From positions 32,001 through 96,000 of the forward strand of contig JAHPZJ010000008.1 in the NCBI GenBank assembly GCA_019058245.1: a stretch of DNA of 64,000 nt. The letters are read 5' to 3'. The translations under genes were made by a program, and so were the position numbers. Every line of letters starts with the position of its first letter. Positions within the stretch are counted from its first letter, which is position 1. Below the pieces are notes generated by a model that saw only the letters and a list, made by a program, of their open reading frames with translations, searched no databases and had not been told where the DNA came from. Source of the DNA: Promethearchaeota archaeon. Its GTDB lineage: Archaea; Asgardarchaeota; Lokiarchaeia; Sigyniarchaeales; SOKP01. This document shows, piece after piece, positions 30,743-40,198 of the stretch.

Positions 30743-30818
30743 TTATTCTTTTTCTTTTTTTTTGAATAATCTGATTGACTAAATTGAGATAAAATAACTT
30801 TTTTAAATTAGAAACTTT

Positions 30819-32030
30819 TTGTTATTCCATAAAATAATGGAAAAGTATAATATGGAAAGAAGTTATAAATCAAATATTTTTAAAATCTATTTTTTTTCGT
30901 TTATTTTAGGTATTCATACAGTTAGAGCTGTGTATATTCCATTTATGATGGATTGGGGGGGACTTTCATTTTTCCAAATCATGATTTTACAAAGTTACTT
31001 TACAGCAATGATCGTTATACTTGAAATTCCTTCTGGGGCAATTGCAGATCTCTTGGGGCGAAAAATAGCATTGATTTTATCCGCCTTTTCAATTGCTAGC
31101 GCAGCATTTACCTATAGTATCATTCCTAACTTTTTTTTGTTTATGCTTGCTGAAACTTTATGGGCTTTTGGTGTTGCATTAAGTTCTGGAACGAGTGACG
31201 CTTTTGTATATTTCTCTTTAAAGTCTTATGGTAAAGAAAAGAAACTTTCTACGATTTTGGGAAGATCTCAGATGATAAATTTGATTGCATTGACAATTTC
31301 TGCACCTATAGGTTCTCTTATTGCACAATTTATCTCTTTACAATTTACAATGACATGTTTGGCAATTATATATATTGGTGCCTTGATTGTAGCTCTTACA
31401 TTTAAAGAGCCAAAACTGATAGATAATTATTATAGACAGGAGCACTATTGGAAAATAATAATTTCTGGATTTAAAGAATTGAAAAAAAATAAAATACTTA
31501 GGATTTTAGCTTTTGATTTGGTTCCAATAAATGTCTTGATATTCTTTTTATTTTGGACATATCAAGTATACTTAGAGGCTATAAACATTCCAATATTCGT
31601 TTTTGGCTTTATCTTATCTCTAATGAATATTATAAATGCGATTTTTTCCTTATTAATCCCCTTTTTATTAAAGAAATCCTCCAATAAAAGGATGTTCTTA
31701 ATTCTACTCAATTTAATAAATGGTGTAGCTTTCATCTCATTGGGATTCACTAGAATCATTCCTATCGGTATTGTTATCCTTCTATCAATTGTAGCTTTTG
31801 GGTACACAAGATATTTTATATTTGTTGATGGGATAAATTTACAAATTGAATCTGAAAATAGAGCCACAGTCCTTAGCACAATAAATATGTTTGGGAGCCT
31901 TATTAGAGCGCTTATTTATCCTTTTGTTGGACTTATCGTAGAGTGGAGTGTGTTTGCGGTTTTTATTATAATAGGAATATTAATATTAGTCTTGACAATT
32001 TTCACTCGTTCTAAAAGTGAATTTCTTTAA
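30819..32030 (+). CDS. MFS transporter
   Basis: LEIPSGAIADLLGRK motif A, SGTSDA, RATVLS. Confidence 0.9.
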   Translation: MLFHKIMEKYNMERSYKSNIFKIYFFSFILGIHTVRAVYIPFMMDWGGLSFFQIMILQSYFTAMIVILEIPSGAIADLLGRKIALILSAFSIASAAFTYSIIPNFFLFMLAETLWAFGVALSSGTSDAFVYFSLKSYGKEKKLSTILGRSQMINLIALTISAPIGSLIAQFISLQFTMTCLAIIYIGALIVALTFKEPKLIDNYYRQEHYWKIIISGFKELKKNKILRILAFDLVPINVLIFFLFWTYQVYLEAINIPIFVFGFILSLMNIINAIFSLLIPFLLKKSSNKRMFLILLNLINGVAFISLGFTRIIPIGIVILLSIVAFGYTRYFIFVDGINLQIESENRATVLSTINMFGSLIRALIYPFVGLIVEWSVFAVFIIIGILILVLTIFTRSKSEFL

Positions 32031-32046
32031 AAAAAAGCAAAAAAGA

Positions 32047-33768
32047 TTAAGAAGTGGAGGTTTCGAGGTATTTTTCACCCTCTTTTTCTGCTCTCTCTCT
32101 TAATTTCCTACGAAAAATTTTACCTACTGCAGTTCTTGGTAATACAGTTATGAATTCTACTATACGTGGATATTTATATCCCGCCAATTTATCTTTTGAC
32201 CATTCAATAATCTCTTGCTCTGTTACTCTTCCTTGATATTCCGGCTTAAGAGCTATATAAGCTTTAATTGTTTCACTAATATTCGGATCAGGGGCAGAAA
32301 CTACTCCAACTTCCAAAACTGCTGGATGTTCATGTAATTTTTCTTCAACTTCTTTAGGCATTACTTTATAACCTTTATATTTTATAATATCTTTGGTCCG
32401 TCCCTCTATATAAAAATAACCCTGCTCATCCATTCGAGCTAAATCACCTGTTCTCAGCCATTCACCGGCAAAAGCTTCTGCTGTAGCTTCGGGATTTTTC
32501 CAATAGCCTTTCATTACTTGAGGTCCTTTAATTAATAATTCTCCCACTGTTCCAGGAGGGAGTTCTTCAAGTGTGTCAGGATTTACGATTTTTGCATCAG
32601 TATCGACAATAGGGACTCCAATGCTTTCTGGTATCTCCTCGGGTAACCATTTAATTTGACCGTGGGTTATTGGTGAAGCCTCAGTTAATCCAAATCCTTG
32701 TCTTACTTTAAATCCAACTACCTCTTCCCATTTTCTATTTATTTCCTGAGGTAATGTTGCTGATCCAGAACCAGCAGCTTCTAAACTTGAAAGATCTCGT
32801 TTCGGAAAATCAGGAGAATTAACTAACATCTGATACATCACTGGTACACCTGTAAAGGTTTTAGGTTTATAATATTCTATTGCCTCTAAAACTTTAGTTG
32901 CTTCAAATGAGCTAAACATGACTAACATTGCAGCAAGTATCGAACTGATAATTAAGGCTTGAAAACCAAAACTATGACAAATAGGTAATACTAGTATACT
33001 TACTCGTTTGCCATAAAGATCTTCAGGATCCTCTCTGGATTCCCTGCCAGTTTGCAATGTACATAAAGCATTAGAAATTAAATTGTTATGTGTTAACATT
33101 ACTCCTTTAGATAATCCTGTTGTACCTCCTGTATATAATAATGCAGCTAAATCATTCATGGGATCTATTTCAATATCAGGTGGTTTAGATTCTTTACCTT
33201 CAATAAACTCTTCTAGAGTAATAGTTTCGGATCTAGCTTCCTCTGCTTGAAGTAAAATTATATTTTTTATTGAAACCTTTTGTCGTACTTTTTTGATTGT
33301 TCTGAAAAGACTTTTATGAACAAAAAATGAGTTAATATTTCCGGCATCTCTAATAATATGGATTACATCCTCCTCTTTAAGAAGGGGATTTATTGGAACA
33401 ACAGCTGCACCAGTTGCCATGATCCCTACACAACAAAATAAAAATTCGGGACAATTTCCTGTCATAATACCAACTGCATCCCCTTTTTTTATGCCTTCTT
33501 CATATAAAGCATTAGCTATTTGATCTGATATATATTTCATTTCGCGATACGTATATTTTTTATCTGTTGGTTTATAATACACACAGACATTGTTAGGAAA
33601 TTCCAATGCAGTTAGCTTGATGCGTTCATGTACAGGGATTGGTTCAAATTTTACTGTTTTTGGTATATAATCTGGTCTAAGTTTTAACCATGGACGATCC
33701 AAACGTTCAAGATAAGGAGATTCATTGTCGTAATCCGGTATTGATTCCCAATCTGAATAATCCTTCAT
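32047..33768 (-). CDS. Long-chain acyl-CoA ligase (copy A)
   Basis: YTGGTTGLSKG, GFGLTE, TGD, PRTAVGK. Confidence 0.93.
   Translation of the reverse strand: MKDYSDWESIPDYDNESPYLERLDRPWLKLRPDYIPKTVKFEPIPVHERIKLTALEFPNNVCVYYKPTDKKYTYREMKYISDQIANALYEEGIKKGDAVGIMTGNCPEFLFCCVGIMATGAAVVPINPLLKEEDVIHIIRDAGNINSFFVHKSLFRTIKKVRQKVSIKNIILLQAEEARSETITLEEFIEGKESKPPDIEIDPMNDLAALLYTGGTTGLSKGVMLTHNNLISNALCTLQTGRESREDPEDLYGKRVSILVLPICHSFGFQALIISSILAAMLVMFSSFEATKVLEAIEYYKPKTFTGVPVMYQMLVNSPDFPKRDLSSLEAAGSGSATLPQEINRKWEEVVGFKVRQGFGLTEASPITHGQIKWLPEEIPESIGVPIVDTDAKIVNPDTLEELPPGTVGELLIKGPQVMKGYWKNPEATAEAFAGEWLRTGDLARMDEQGYFYIEGRTKDIIKYKGYKVMPKEVEEKLHEHPAVLEVGVVSAPDPNISETIKAYIALKPEYQGRVTEQEIIEWSKDKLAGYKYPRIVEFITVLPRTAVGKIFRRKLRERAEKEGEKYLETSTS
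32168..32894. repeat. 727-bp direct repeat, copy 1
   Basis: Identical by line-by-line reading to 34043-34769 (offset 1875). Confidence 0.85.
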
Positions 33769-33948
33769 AATAAAGACTTTTAAAGATTAATTACATATTA
33801 ATTTTATATTAGACTAAGAAACCAATATAATAAAAAATAACAACCTTCTCTATAAATATGTTTCTTTGCAAAACAAACAGAAATCTTATCAACATTATCT
33901 GTTAAAAAAAAATAAAAAAGATTGAGAAGGGGTTTTATTAATGTATTT

Positions 33949-35643
33949 TTATTCTTCTTTTTCTGATCTTTCTCTTAATTTCCTACGAAAAATTTTACCC
34001 ACTGCTGTCCTTGGTAATACATTTATGAACTCTATTATACGAGGATATTTATATCCCGCCAATTTATCTTTTGACCATTCAATAATCTCTTGCTCTGTTA
34101 CTCTTCCTTGATATTCCGGCTTAAGAGCTATATAAGCTTTAATTGTTTCACTAATATTCGGATCAGGGGCAGAAACTACTCCAACTTCCAAAACTGCTGG
34201 ATGTTCATGTAATTTTTCTTCAACTTCTTTAGGCATTACTTTATAACCTTTATATTTTATAATATCTTTGGTCCGTCCCTCTATATAAAAATAACCCTGC
34301 TCATCCATTCGAGCTAAATCACCTGTTCTCAGCCATTCACCGGCAAAAGCTTCTGCTGTAGCTTCGGGATTTTTCCAATAGCCTTTCATTACTTGAGGTC
34401 CTTTAATTAATAATTCTCCCACTGTTCCAGGAGGGAGTTCTTCAAGTGTGTCAGGATTTACGATTTTTGCATCAGTATCGACAATAGGGACTCCAATGCT
34501 TTCTGGTATCTCCTCGGGTAACCATTTAATTTGACCGTGGGTTATTGGTGAAGCCTCAGTTAATCCAAATCCTTGTCTTACTTTAAATCCAACTACCTCT
34601 TCCCATTTTCTATTTATTTCCTGAGGTAATGTTGCTGATCCAGAACCAGCAGCTTCTAAACTTGAAAGATCTCGTTTCGGAAAATCAGGAGAATTAACTA
34701 ACATCTGATACATCACTGGTACACCTGTAAAGGTTTTAGGTTTATAATATTCTATTGCCTCTAAAACTTCAGTTGCATTAAATGAACCAAACATAACTAA
34801 CATTGCAGCCAAGACCGAAGCCACAATCAAGACTTGAAAACCAAAACTATGACAAATAGGTAATACTAGTAAACTTACTCGTTTGCCATAAAGATCTTCA
34901 GGATCTTCAAAATCTTCTCTATTAGTATTCATGGAACACAAAGTATTGGAAATTAAATTAAAATGTGTTAACATGACTCCTTTAGGTAATCCTGTGGTGC
35001 CTCCTGTATATAATAGTGCGGCTAAATCATTCATGGGATCTACTTCAATATCAGGTGCTTTGGATTCTTTACCTTCGATAAATTCTTCTAGAGTAATAGT
35101 TTCGGGTTTGGCCTCTTCTGCTTGAAGTAAAATTACATTTTTTACTGAAATCTTTTTTCGTACTTTTTTCATTGTTCTGAAAAGACTTTTATGGATAAAG
35201 ACAGTATTAATATTTCCAGCATCTCTAATAATATGGATTACATCTTCCTCTTTGAGAAGGGGGTTTATCGGAACAACAGCGGCACCAGTTGCCATAATCC
35301 CTACACTACAAAATAAAAATTCGGGGCAATTTCCTGTCATAATTCCAACAGCATCCCCTTTTTTTATGCCTTCTTCATATAAAGCATTAGCTATTTGATC
35401 TGATATATATTTCATTTCACGATACGTGTATTTTTTATCTGTAGGTTTATAATACACACAGACATTATTAGGATATTCGGTTGCTGTTAGTTTAATACGT
35501 TCATGTACAGGGATTGGTTCAAATTTTACAGTCTTTGGAATATATTCTGGATAAGTTTTTAACCATGGACGATCTTTACTTTCAAGGTAAGGAGAATCAT
35601 TATCATAATCTGGGATTGCTTCCCATTCTGAATAATCCTTCAT
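33949..35643 (-). CDS. Long-chain acyl-CoA ligase (copy B)
   Basis: YTGGTTGLPKG, GFGLTE, TGD, PRTAVGK. Confidence 0.93.
   Translation of the reverse strand: MKDYSEWEAIPDYDNDSPYLESKDRPWLKTYPEYIPKTVKFEPIPVHERIKLTATEYPNNVCVYYKPTDKKYTYREMKYISDQIANALYEEGIKKGDAVGIMTGNCPEFLFCSVGIMATGAAVVPINPLLKEEDVIHIIRDAGNINTVFIHKSLFRTMKKVRKKISVKNVILLQAEEAKPETITLEEFIEGKESKAPDIEVDPMNDLAALLYTGGTTGLPKGVMLTHFNLISNTLCSMNTNREDFEDPEDLYGKRVSLLVLPICHSFGFQVLIVASVLAAMLVMFGSFNATEVLEAIEYYKPKTFTGVPVMYQMLVNSPDFPKRDLSSLEAAGSGSATLPQEINRKWEEVVGFKVRQGFGLTEASPITHGQIKWLPEEIPESIGVPIVDTDAKIVNPDTLEELPPGTVGELLIKGPQVMKGYWKNPEATAEAFAGEWLRTGDLARMDEQGYFYIEGRTKDIIKYKGYKVMPKEVEEKLHEHPAVLEVGVVSAPDPNISETIKAYIALKPEYQGRVTEQEIIEWSKDKLAGYKYPRIIEFINVLPRTAVGKIFRRKLRERSEKEE
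34043..34769. repeat. 727-bp direct repeat, copy 2
   Basis: Identical to 32168-32894. Confidence 0.85.
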
Positions 35644-35802
35644 AATTATTTAAAATCACGTTTTAATTTTAAATTAATTTTAAATTAGATAAATAGTGAT
35701 ATAAAAAATTATATCTTAGTATTTAAATATCTGGCACTACGATCGGAATAGATATTTCGCTGTTAGTAATTTAAAAAAAAAAAAATTTTATAATAATAAT
35801 AA

Positions 35803-37506
35803 TTATTTTGTCTTCTCAATCTCTCTCTCGCGTAATATTCTTCTGAATATTTTTCCTACAGCAGTTCGAGGTAATGAGTCCACAAATTCTACTTGGCGTG
35901 GATATTTGTAAGCAGCCATCTTATCTTTTGACCATTCGATAATTTCTTGTTCAGATATTTTTCCTTTGTATTCTGGCTTGATCGCAATAAATGCCTTAAT
36001 TGTTTCTCCAATATTAGGGTCTGGAACAGAAATCACACCTACTTCTAAAACAGCAGGGTGTTCAAATAATTTCTCTTCAACCTCTCTTGGCATTACTTTA
36101 TATCCTTTATATTTTATCATATCTTTTGTCCGCCCTTCTATATAAAAATACCCTCGCTCATCCATTCTGGCTAAATCACCTGTTTTAAGCCAATCTCCAG
36201 CAAAAGTTGCGGCTGTAGCTTCGGGATTATTCCAATATCCTTTCATAATTTGAGGTCCTTTGACTAATAATTCTCCTACTTCTCCAATAGAGAGCTCTTC
36301 TAACGTATCAGGGTTTACGATTTTTGCATCTGTGTCGAGAATTGGCATACCTATGCTTGCTGGAATTATTTCAGGTATCCATTTAGCTTGACCATGGGTA
36401 ACTGGTGAAGCCTCAGTTAATCCATATCCTTGCATTACTTTAAATCCGAGTAATTCTTCCCATCTCCTGTTCAATTCTGGAGCAAGAGCGGCAGAACCAC
36501 AACTTGCCTCTTCTAAACATGAAAGATCTCGTTTAGTAAAATCAGGAGAATTAATTAACATTTGATACATCACAGGTACACCTACAAAAAGATCACTTCT
36601 AAAGTATTCAATTGTTTCTAGTACCTCGGAAGGATTAAAAGAAGTTAACATTGCAACCATACGAGCAGTATGAAGACACACAAGCGCTACTATAAAACCA
36701 AAAGAATGACATAAAGGTAAAACAGCTAAGCGAACGCCTGTACCATAATAACTTGTATCCTCTCTTTCTAATTCTTGATCTCTGCCTGCATATATAACAG
36801 AAAGGGAGTTTGCAACTAAATTATTATGAGTTAACATAACTCCCTTAGGTAATCCTGTTGTTCCCCCTGTGTATAATAATGAAGCGATATCGTTGGAGGG
36901 ATCTATCTCCACTTCTGGAGCTTTTGCTGGTTTATCTTTAATGAATTCTTCATAACGAATAGTCCCTTCTTCAGCTTTTTCAGCACCCAATAGAATTACA
37001 TTCTCTATATCAACTGTTTCTTGTGCTTTTTTAACAACTGGATAATTAGCCTTATGTACAAATATAGTATTAATATTTCCAGCATCTCTAGCAACATGAA
37101 TTACAGAATCTTCTCTTAAAAGAGCGTTAATGGGAACTACCATAGCACCTGTTTCCATTATTCCAGTGGTACAAAATAAAAATTCAGGGCAATTTGGTGT
37201 CATAATTGCTACACCATCAGATTTCTTTACACCAATTTCATTTAAAGCATAGGCGGTTTGATCTGATATATGAAGAAAATCTCTAAAAGTATAATACTTA
37301 TCTTTAGGTTTGAAATAGACACATGCATTATTAGCATATCTCTCGGCATTCAATCTTGCAAATATGTGTACAGGTATTGGATCGAAATTTATTGCTTTTG
37401 GCATAGTATCTGGAAAGTACTTTAACCATGGACGATCTTTACTTTCAAGGTAAGGAGAATGATTATCATAGTCATTATTTGGCGCCCAATCTGAATAATC
37501 TTTCAT
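35803..37506 (-). CDS. Long-chain acyl-CoA ligase (copy C, more diverged)
   Basis: YTGGTTGLPKG, GYGLTE, TGD, PRTAVGK. Confidence 0.93.
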   Translation of the reverse strand: MKDYSDWAPNNDYDNHSPYLESKDRPWLKYFPDTMPKAINFDPIPVHIFARLNAERYANNACVYFKPKDKYYTFRDFLHISDQTAYALNEIGVKKSDGVAIMTPNCPEFLFCTTGIMETGAMVVPINALLREDSVIHVARDAGNINTIFVHKANYPVVKKAQETVDIENVILLGAEKAEEGTIRYEEFIKDKPAKAPEVEIDPSNDIASLLYTGGTTGLPKGVMLTHNNLVANSLSVIYAGRDQELEREDTSYYGTGVRLAVLPLCHSFGFIVALVCLHTARMVAMLTSFNPSEVLETIEYFRSDLFVGVPVMYQMLINSPDFTKRDLSCLEEASCGSAALAPELNRRWEELLGFKVMQGYGLTEASPVTHGQAKWIPEIIPASIGMPILDTDAKIVNPDTLEELSIGEVGELLVKGPQIMKGYWNNPEATAATFAGDWLKTGDLARMDERGYFYIEGRTKDMIKYKGYKVMPREVEEKLFEHPAVLEVGVISVPDPNIGETIKAFIAIKPEYKGKISEQEIIEWSKDKMAAYKYPRQVEFVDSLPRTAVGKIFRRILREREIEKTK

Positions 37507-37614
37507 AAAACATCACATTACATATTTAGTTTTTTTTTTTTTTTATAATGAAGATTAAATATAATAAAATTTAAACGTAAAAATATAAAAGTCTTTCCTT
37601 AGAAAAATCATTGG

Positions 37615-37956
37615 CTAAAGCCACGATATTATTTTTTTGTAATTTACTAGAATTTCAACAAGATCCTCATAATCTATAGCTTTAAGGTTATCTCTTAAAT
37701 CCTTTAAATTCATGCCTCTAGCAAGAATATCTGAAATTAAGACATATATGTTTATTGGCATTTTTAATAACTCTTCTAAGACAGGGGGGATTTTACTTTT
37801 CTGGTTAACTCCTATAACTCCATCATGAAGTAAAATTAAATTAATTCTCATATTTTGTCTAATGTGCTCTTTAAAAATCTTCAGGATACTTTCTGCCTTG
37901 TCATATTGTCTTAGACTAAATCCGTACAAATAAATTATTCCATTTTCTTTATTCAT
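37615..37956 (-). CDS. DsrH/TusB-like sulfur relay subunit
   Basis: LILLHDGV, DILARG, IDYEDLVEIL..ISW. Confidence 0.8.
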   Translation of the reverse strand: MNKENGIIYLYGFSLRQYDKAESILKIFKEHIRQNMRINLILLHDGVIGVNQKSKIPPVLEELLKMPINIYVLISDILARGMNLKDLRDNLKAIDYEDLVEILVNYKKIISWL

Positions 37957-37975
37957 AGCATTTCCTTTTAATCTT

Positions 37976-38344
37976 TTAATATTTAAAACTCATTTCTGCT
38001 TCAATTATTAATTCAGAAATTTTTGAAAAATCTATTATTTTAAAATTATCTGCAAGTACTAAATCTGAAGGATTTATTCCAGCTAATTCAAGGGCTTCAT
38101 TGTGAATATAAATTTCTAATTCAGATAACTCAATTAGTCTCATGATATTTTTGAAATCATCCATGTTTAAAGCTTTTGGATTTAACTTATTATCTAAAAA
38201 ATATACCGCATCTTTTAATAAGATAATTTTACAAATTTCAACATCTCCCACAGCAAGAATTCCCGCGGCCATCCTTATAGCTTCTAATACAGAATTCTTC
38301 CCAAAAGGACCATCTTCGCAAATAATTACAATCGAATTTACCAT
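37976..38344 (-). CDS. DsrF/TusC-like sulfur relay subunit
   Basis: DGPFGKNSVLEAIRMA, LKDAVY. Confidence 0.8.
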   Translation of the reverse strand: MVNSIVIICEDGPFGKNSVLEAIRMAAGILAVGDVEICKIILLKDAVYFLDNKLNPKALNMDDFKNIMRLIELSELEIYIHNEALELAGINPSDLVLADNFKIIDFSKISELIIEAEMSFKY

Positions 38345-38350
38345 ATTTTA

Positions 38351-38722
38351 TCATCCTCCTGGACCGAAGAATAGTACTCGATCTGATTGCGAAATCATAT
38401 AAGAAAGACCCCCCAATCCTTGTTGATGTGCTCCTTCTATAAATTCTTCAGATTTAATTCCAGTAATACTAGTCCATGTACTACAAGCTGCAAATTCTAT
38501 ACTCTTATTTCTACAAAAAGTTTCTAAACGCTTTGATAAATTACGAATAGAATTATCTTTTAAATCTCTTTTCTTAATATTATACACACCACTTCCATAG
38601 AAAAAGATTCCAAATATTTTATAACCCTTTTTTATTATTGCTTCCGCTAAGTTAATAACTGTATCCATAACTTCATACTTATATGGTTCCGCACAAATTA
38701 CAAAAGTAAATGATACTGTCAT
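38351..38722 (-). CDS. DsrE/TusD-like sulfurtransferase subunit
   Basis: EPY, IFFYGSGVY, active-site-position Cys (AACST), GLGGL..SDRVLFF. Confidence 0.82.
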   Translation of the reverse strand: MTVSFTFVICAEPYKYEVMDTVINLAEAIIKKGYKIFGIFFYGSGVYNIKKRDLKDNSIRNLSKRLETFCRNKSIEFAACSTWTSITGIKSEEFIEGAHQQGLGGLSYMISQSDRVLFFGPGG

Positions 38723-38911
38723 AGATTTTCTGTTAAAATTTGATTAAGATTAAAGATAAAAAATGGTAATTGAAATTTATTTCTTATTCTAATAGAATAT
38801 TATACATTAAGCTCAATTTTACTACTTGTATCAATATTCATAATTCAGTAATTACATTATGAATTAAAGAATAAATATTGGAATCCATAAAATTTTTCTT
38901 CAGATAAATCT

Positions 38912-39136
38912 CTAAATTAAAGCAAATTCATACTTAAGAATTTTTAATACCAAAGTTCTTTCGGATTCTGTTAGGTTTTCAATGAGATCTCCACGTAAAT
39001 TATAATAATCTGGATATTTAATTAGATATGGTTTAATAAATTCTTCTAAATTTGTATTACTTAACTTTTCTTCAATTTCTTCTTCATTTAAATTTGATAT
39101 TATGTTATCCATCATCATTCTTTTGAAATTCTTCAC
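38912..39136 (-). CDS. Small hypothetical protein
   Basis: 74-aa ORF with plausible composition; no motif. Confidence 0.4.
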   Translation of the reverse strand: MKNFKRMMMDNIISNLNEEEIEEKLSNTNLEEFIKPYLIKYPDYYNLRGDLIENLTESERTLVLKILKYEFALI

Positions 39137-39296
39137 TTCTTACTAATATATACTTGAAAATTTAGCATTATAAAAGTCTCCTATATAATATATAAGGCAT
39201 TATTAATCTTCTATATACTCTAAGTAGGCTATTTGAGAACATTATTGATTAAAATTAAATTTATACAATATTTTAAAAGTGTTTAGGTAAAAGGAG

Positions 39297-39318
39297 TGTT
39301 GCAGTATATACTGCAACA
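39297..39318. repeat. Perfect 22-bp palindrome TGTTGCAGTATATACTGCAACA
   Basis: Self reverse-complementary; intergenic. Confidence 0.9.
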
Positions 39319-39523
39319 ATTTGTCAACATAGAATTAAAATGGAAAGAAAAGAACAAATTTGCATTGAGGAGAATTTGTTAAGGCGATAAGGGTTCTAGT
39401 TGACTTCCATCACTAATTTGTATATACTTTAGCGGATATATAAAAACTGTCTCCATAAAATCAAATGATAAATATTGAGTATATATTATAAATAGTAACA
39501 GATGTTAAAGGATTAATAATCCT

Positions 39524-40144
39524 ATGAAAAATTTTTATGATATATGTATTTGGAAAGACTCTGAGAATTGCAATACTTGCTTCCTTAATGGCAAGCTAAT
39601 ATGTCATTTCTATAGAAAATATTTGTTTAGTTTTCTTGGTTTTTTTTTTGCTTTTGCCATTACTGCCTTTATAGGTGTGATAATAGCGGGCTATGGTTGG
39701 TTTTTATTAGGTTGGATTGGTTTTTGGTTACTTTTCTTTGAATTTTGGGAGATTCGAATTCTATGTAGTCATTGTCCTTTCTATGCTGAAGAAGGGAATA
39801 CATTACATTGCATTGCTAATTATGGTAGCTTTAAACTATGGAAATTTCACCCAGAACCTATGAATTCGTCTGAAAAAATTCAATTAATAATTGGTTTTAT
39901 TATTCTTTTTGGGTATCCTTTAATTTTTTTGATATTAGATGCTCAAATAATCTTTTTAGTAATTTGTATTATTGAAATTTCCATTTTCTTTATTTTTTTA
40001 ATTGCAAAAAGGTGTGGAAACTGTTTAAATTTCTCTTGTCCTCTCAATCGTGTAAAAAAAGAAACGGTCGATTGTTTTCTTAAAAAAAATCCAGTAATGA
40101 GAAAGGCTTGGGAAGATAAAGGATATAAAATCTTAGAAAAATAG
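39524..40144 (+). CDS. Cys-rich four-TM membrane protein
   Basis: CNTC, CSHCPFY..C, CGNCLNFSCPLN flanking the TM helices. Confidence 0.65.
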   Translation: MKNFYDICIWKDSENCNTCFLNGKLICHFYRKYLFSFLGFFFAFAITAFIGVIIAGYGWFLLGWIGFWLLFFEFWEIRILCSHCPFYAEEGNTLHCIANYGSFKLWKFHPEPMNSSEKIQLIIGFIILFGYPLIFLILDAQIIFLVICIIEISIFFIFLIAKRCGNCLNFSCPLNRVKKETVDCFLKKNPVMRKAWEDKGYKILEK

Positions 40145-40198
40145 ATTATGAAACAATCGAGAATTTATAATATAGTCACAGTATTTAACAGAAAAGAT

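Noticed and set aside
39320-39411. Sec/Pyl read-through ORF on the minus strand (contains TAG and TGA)
   Set aside because: Translation resembles no protein family I recognise and no SECIS-like element was seen
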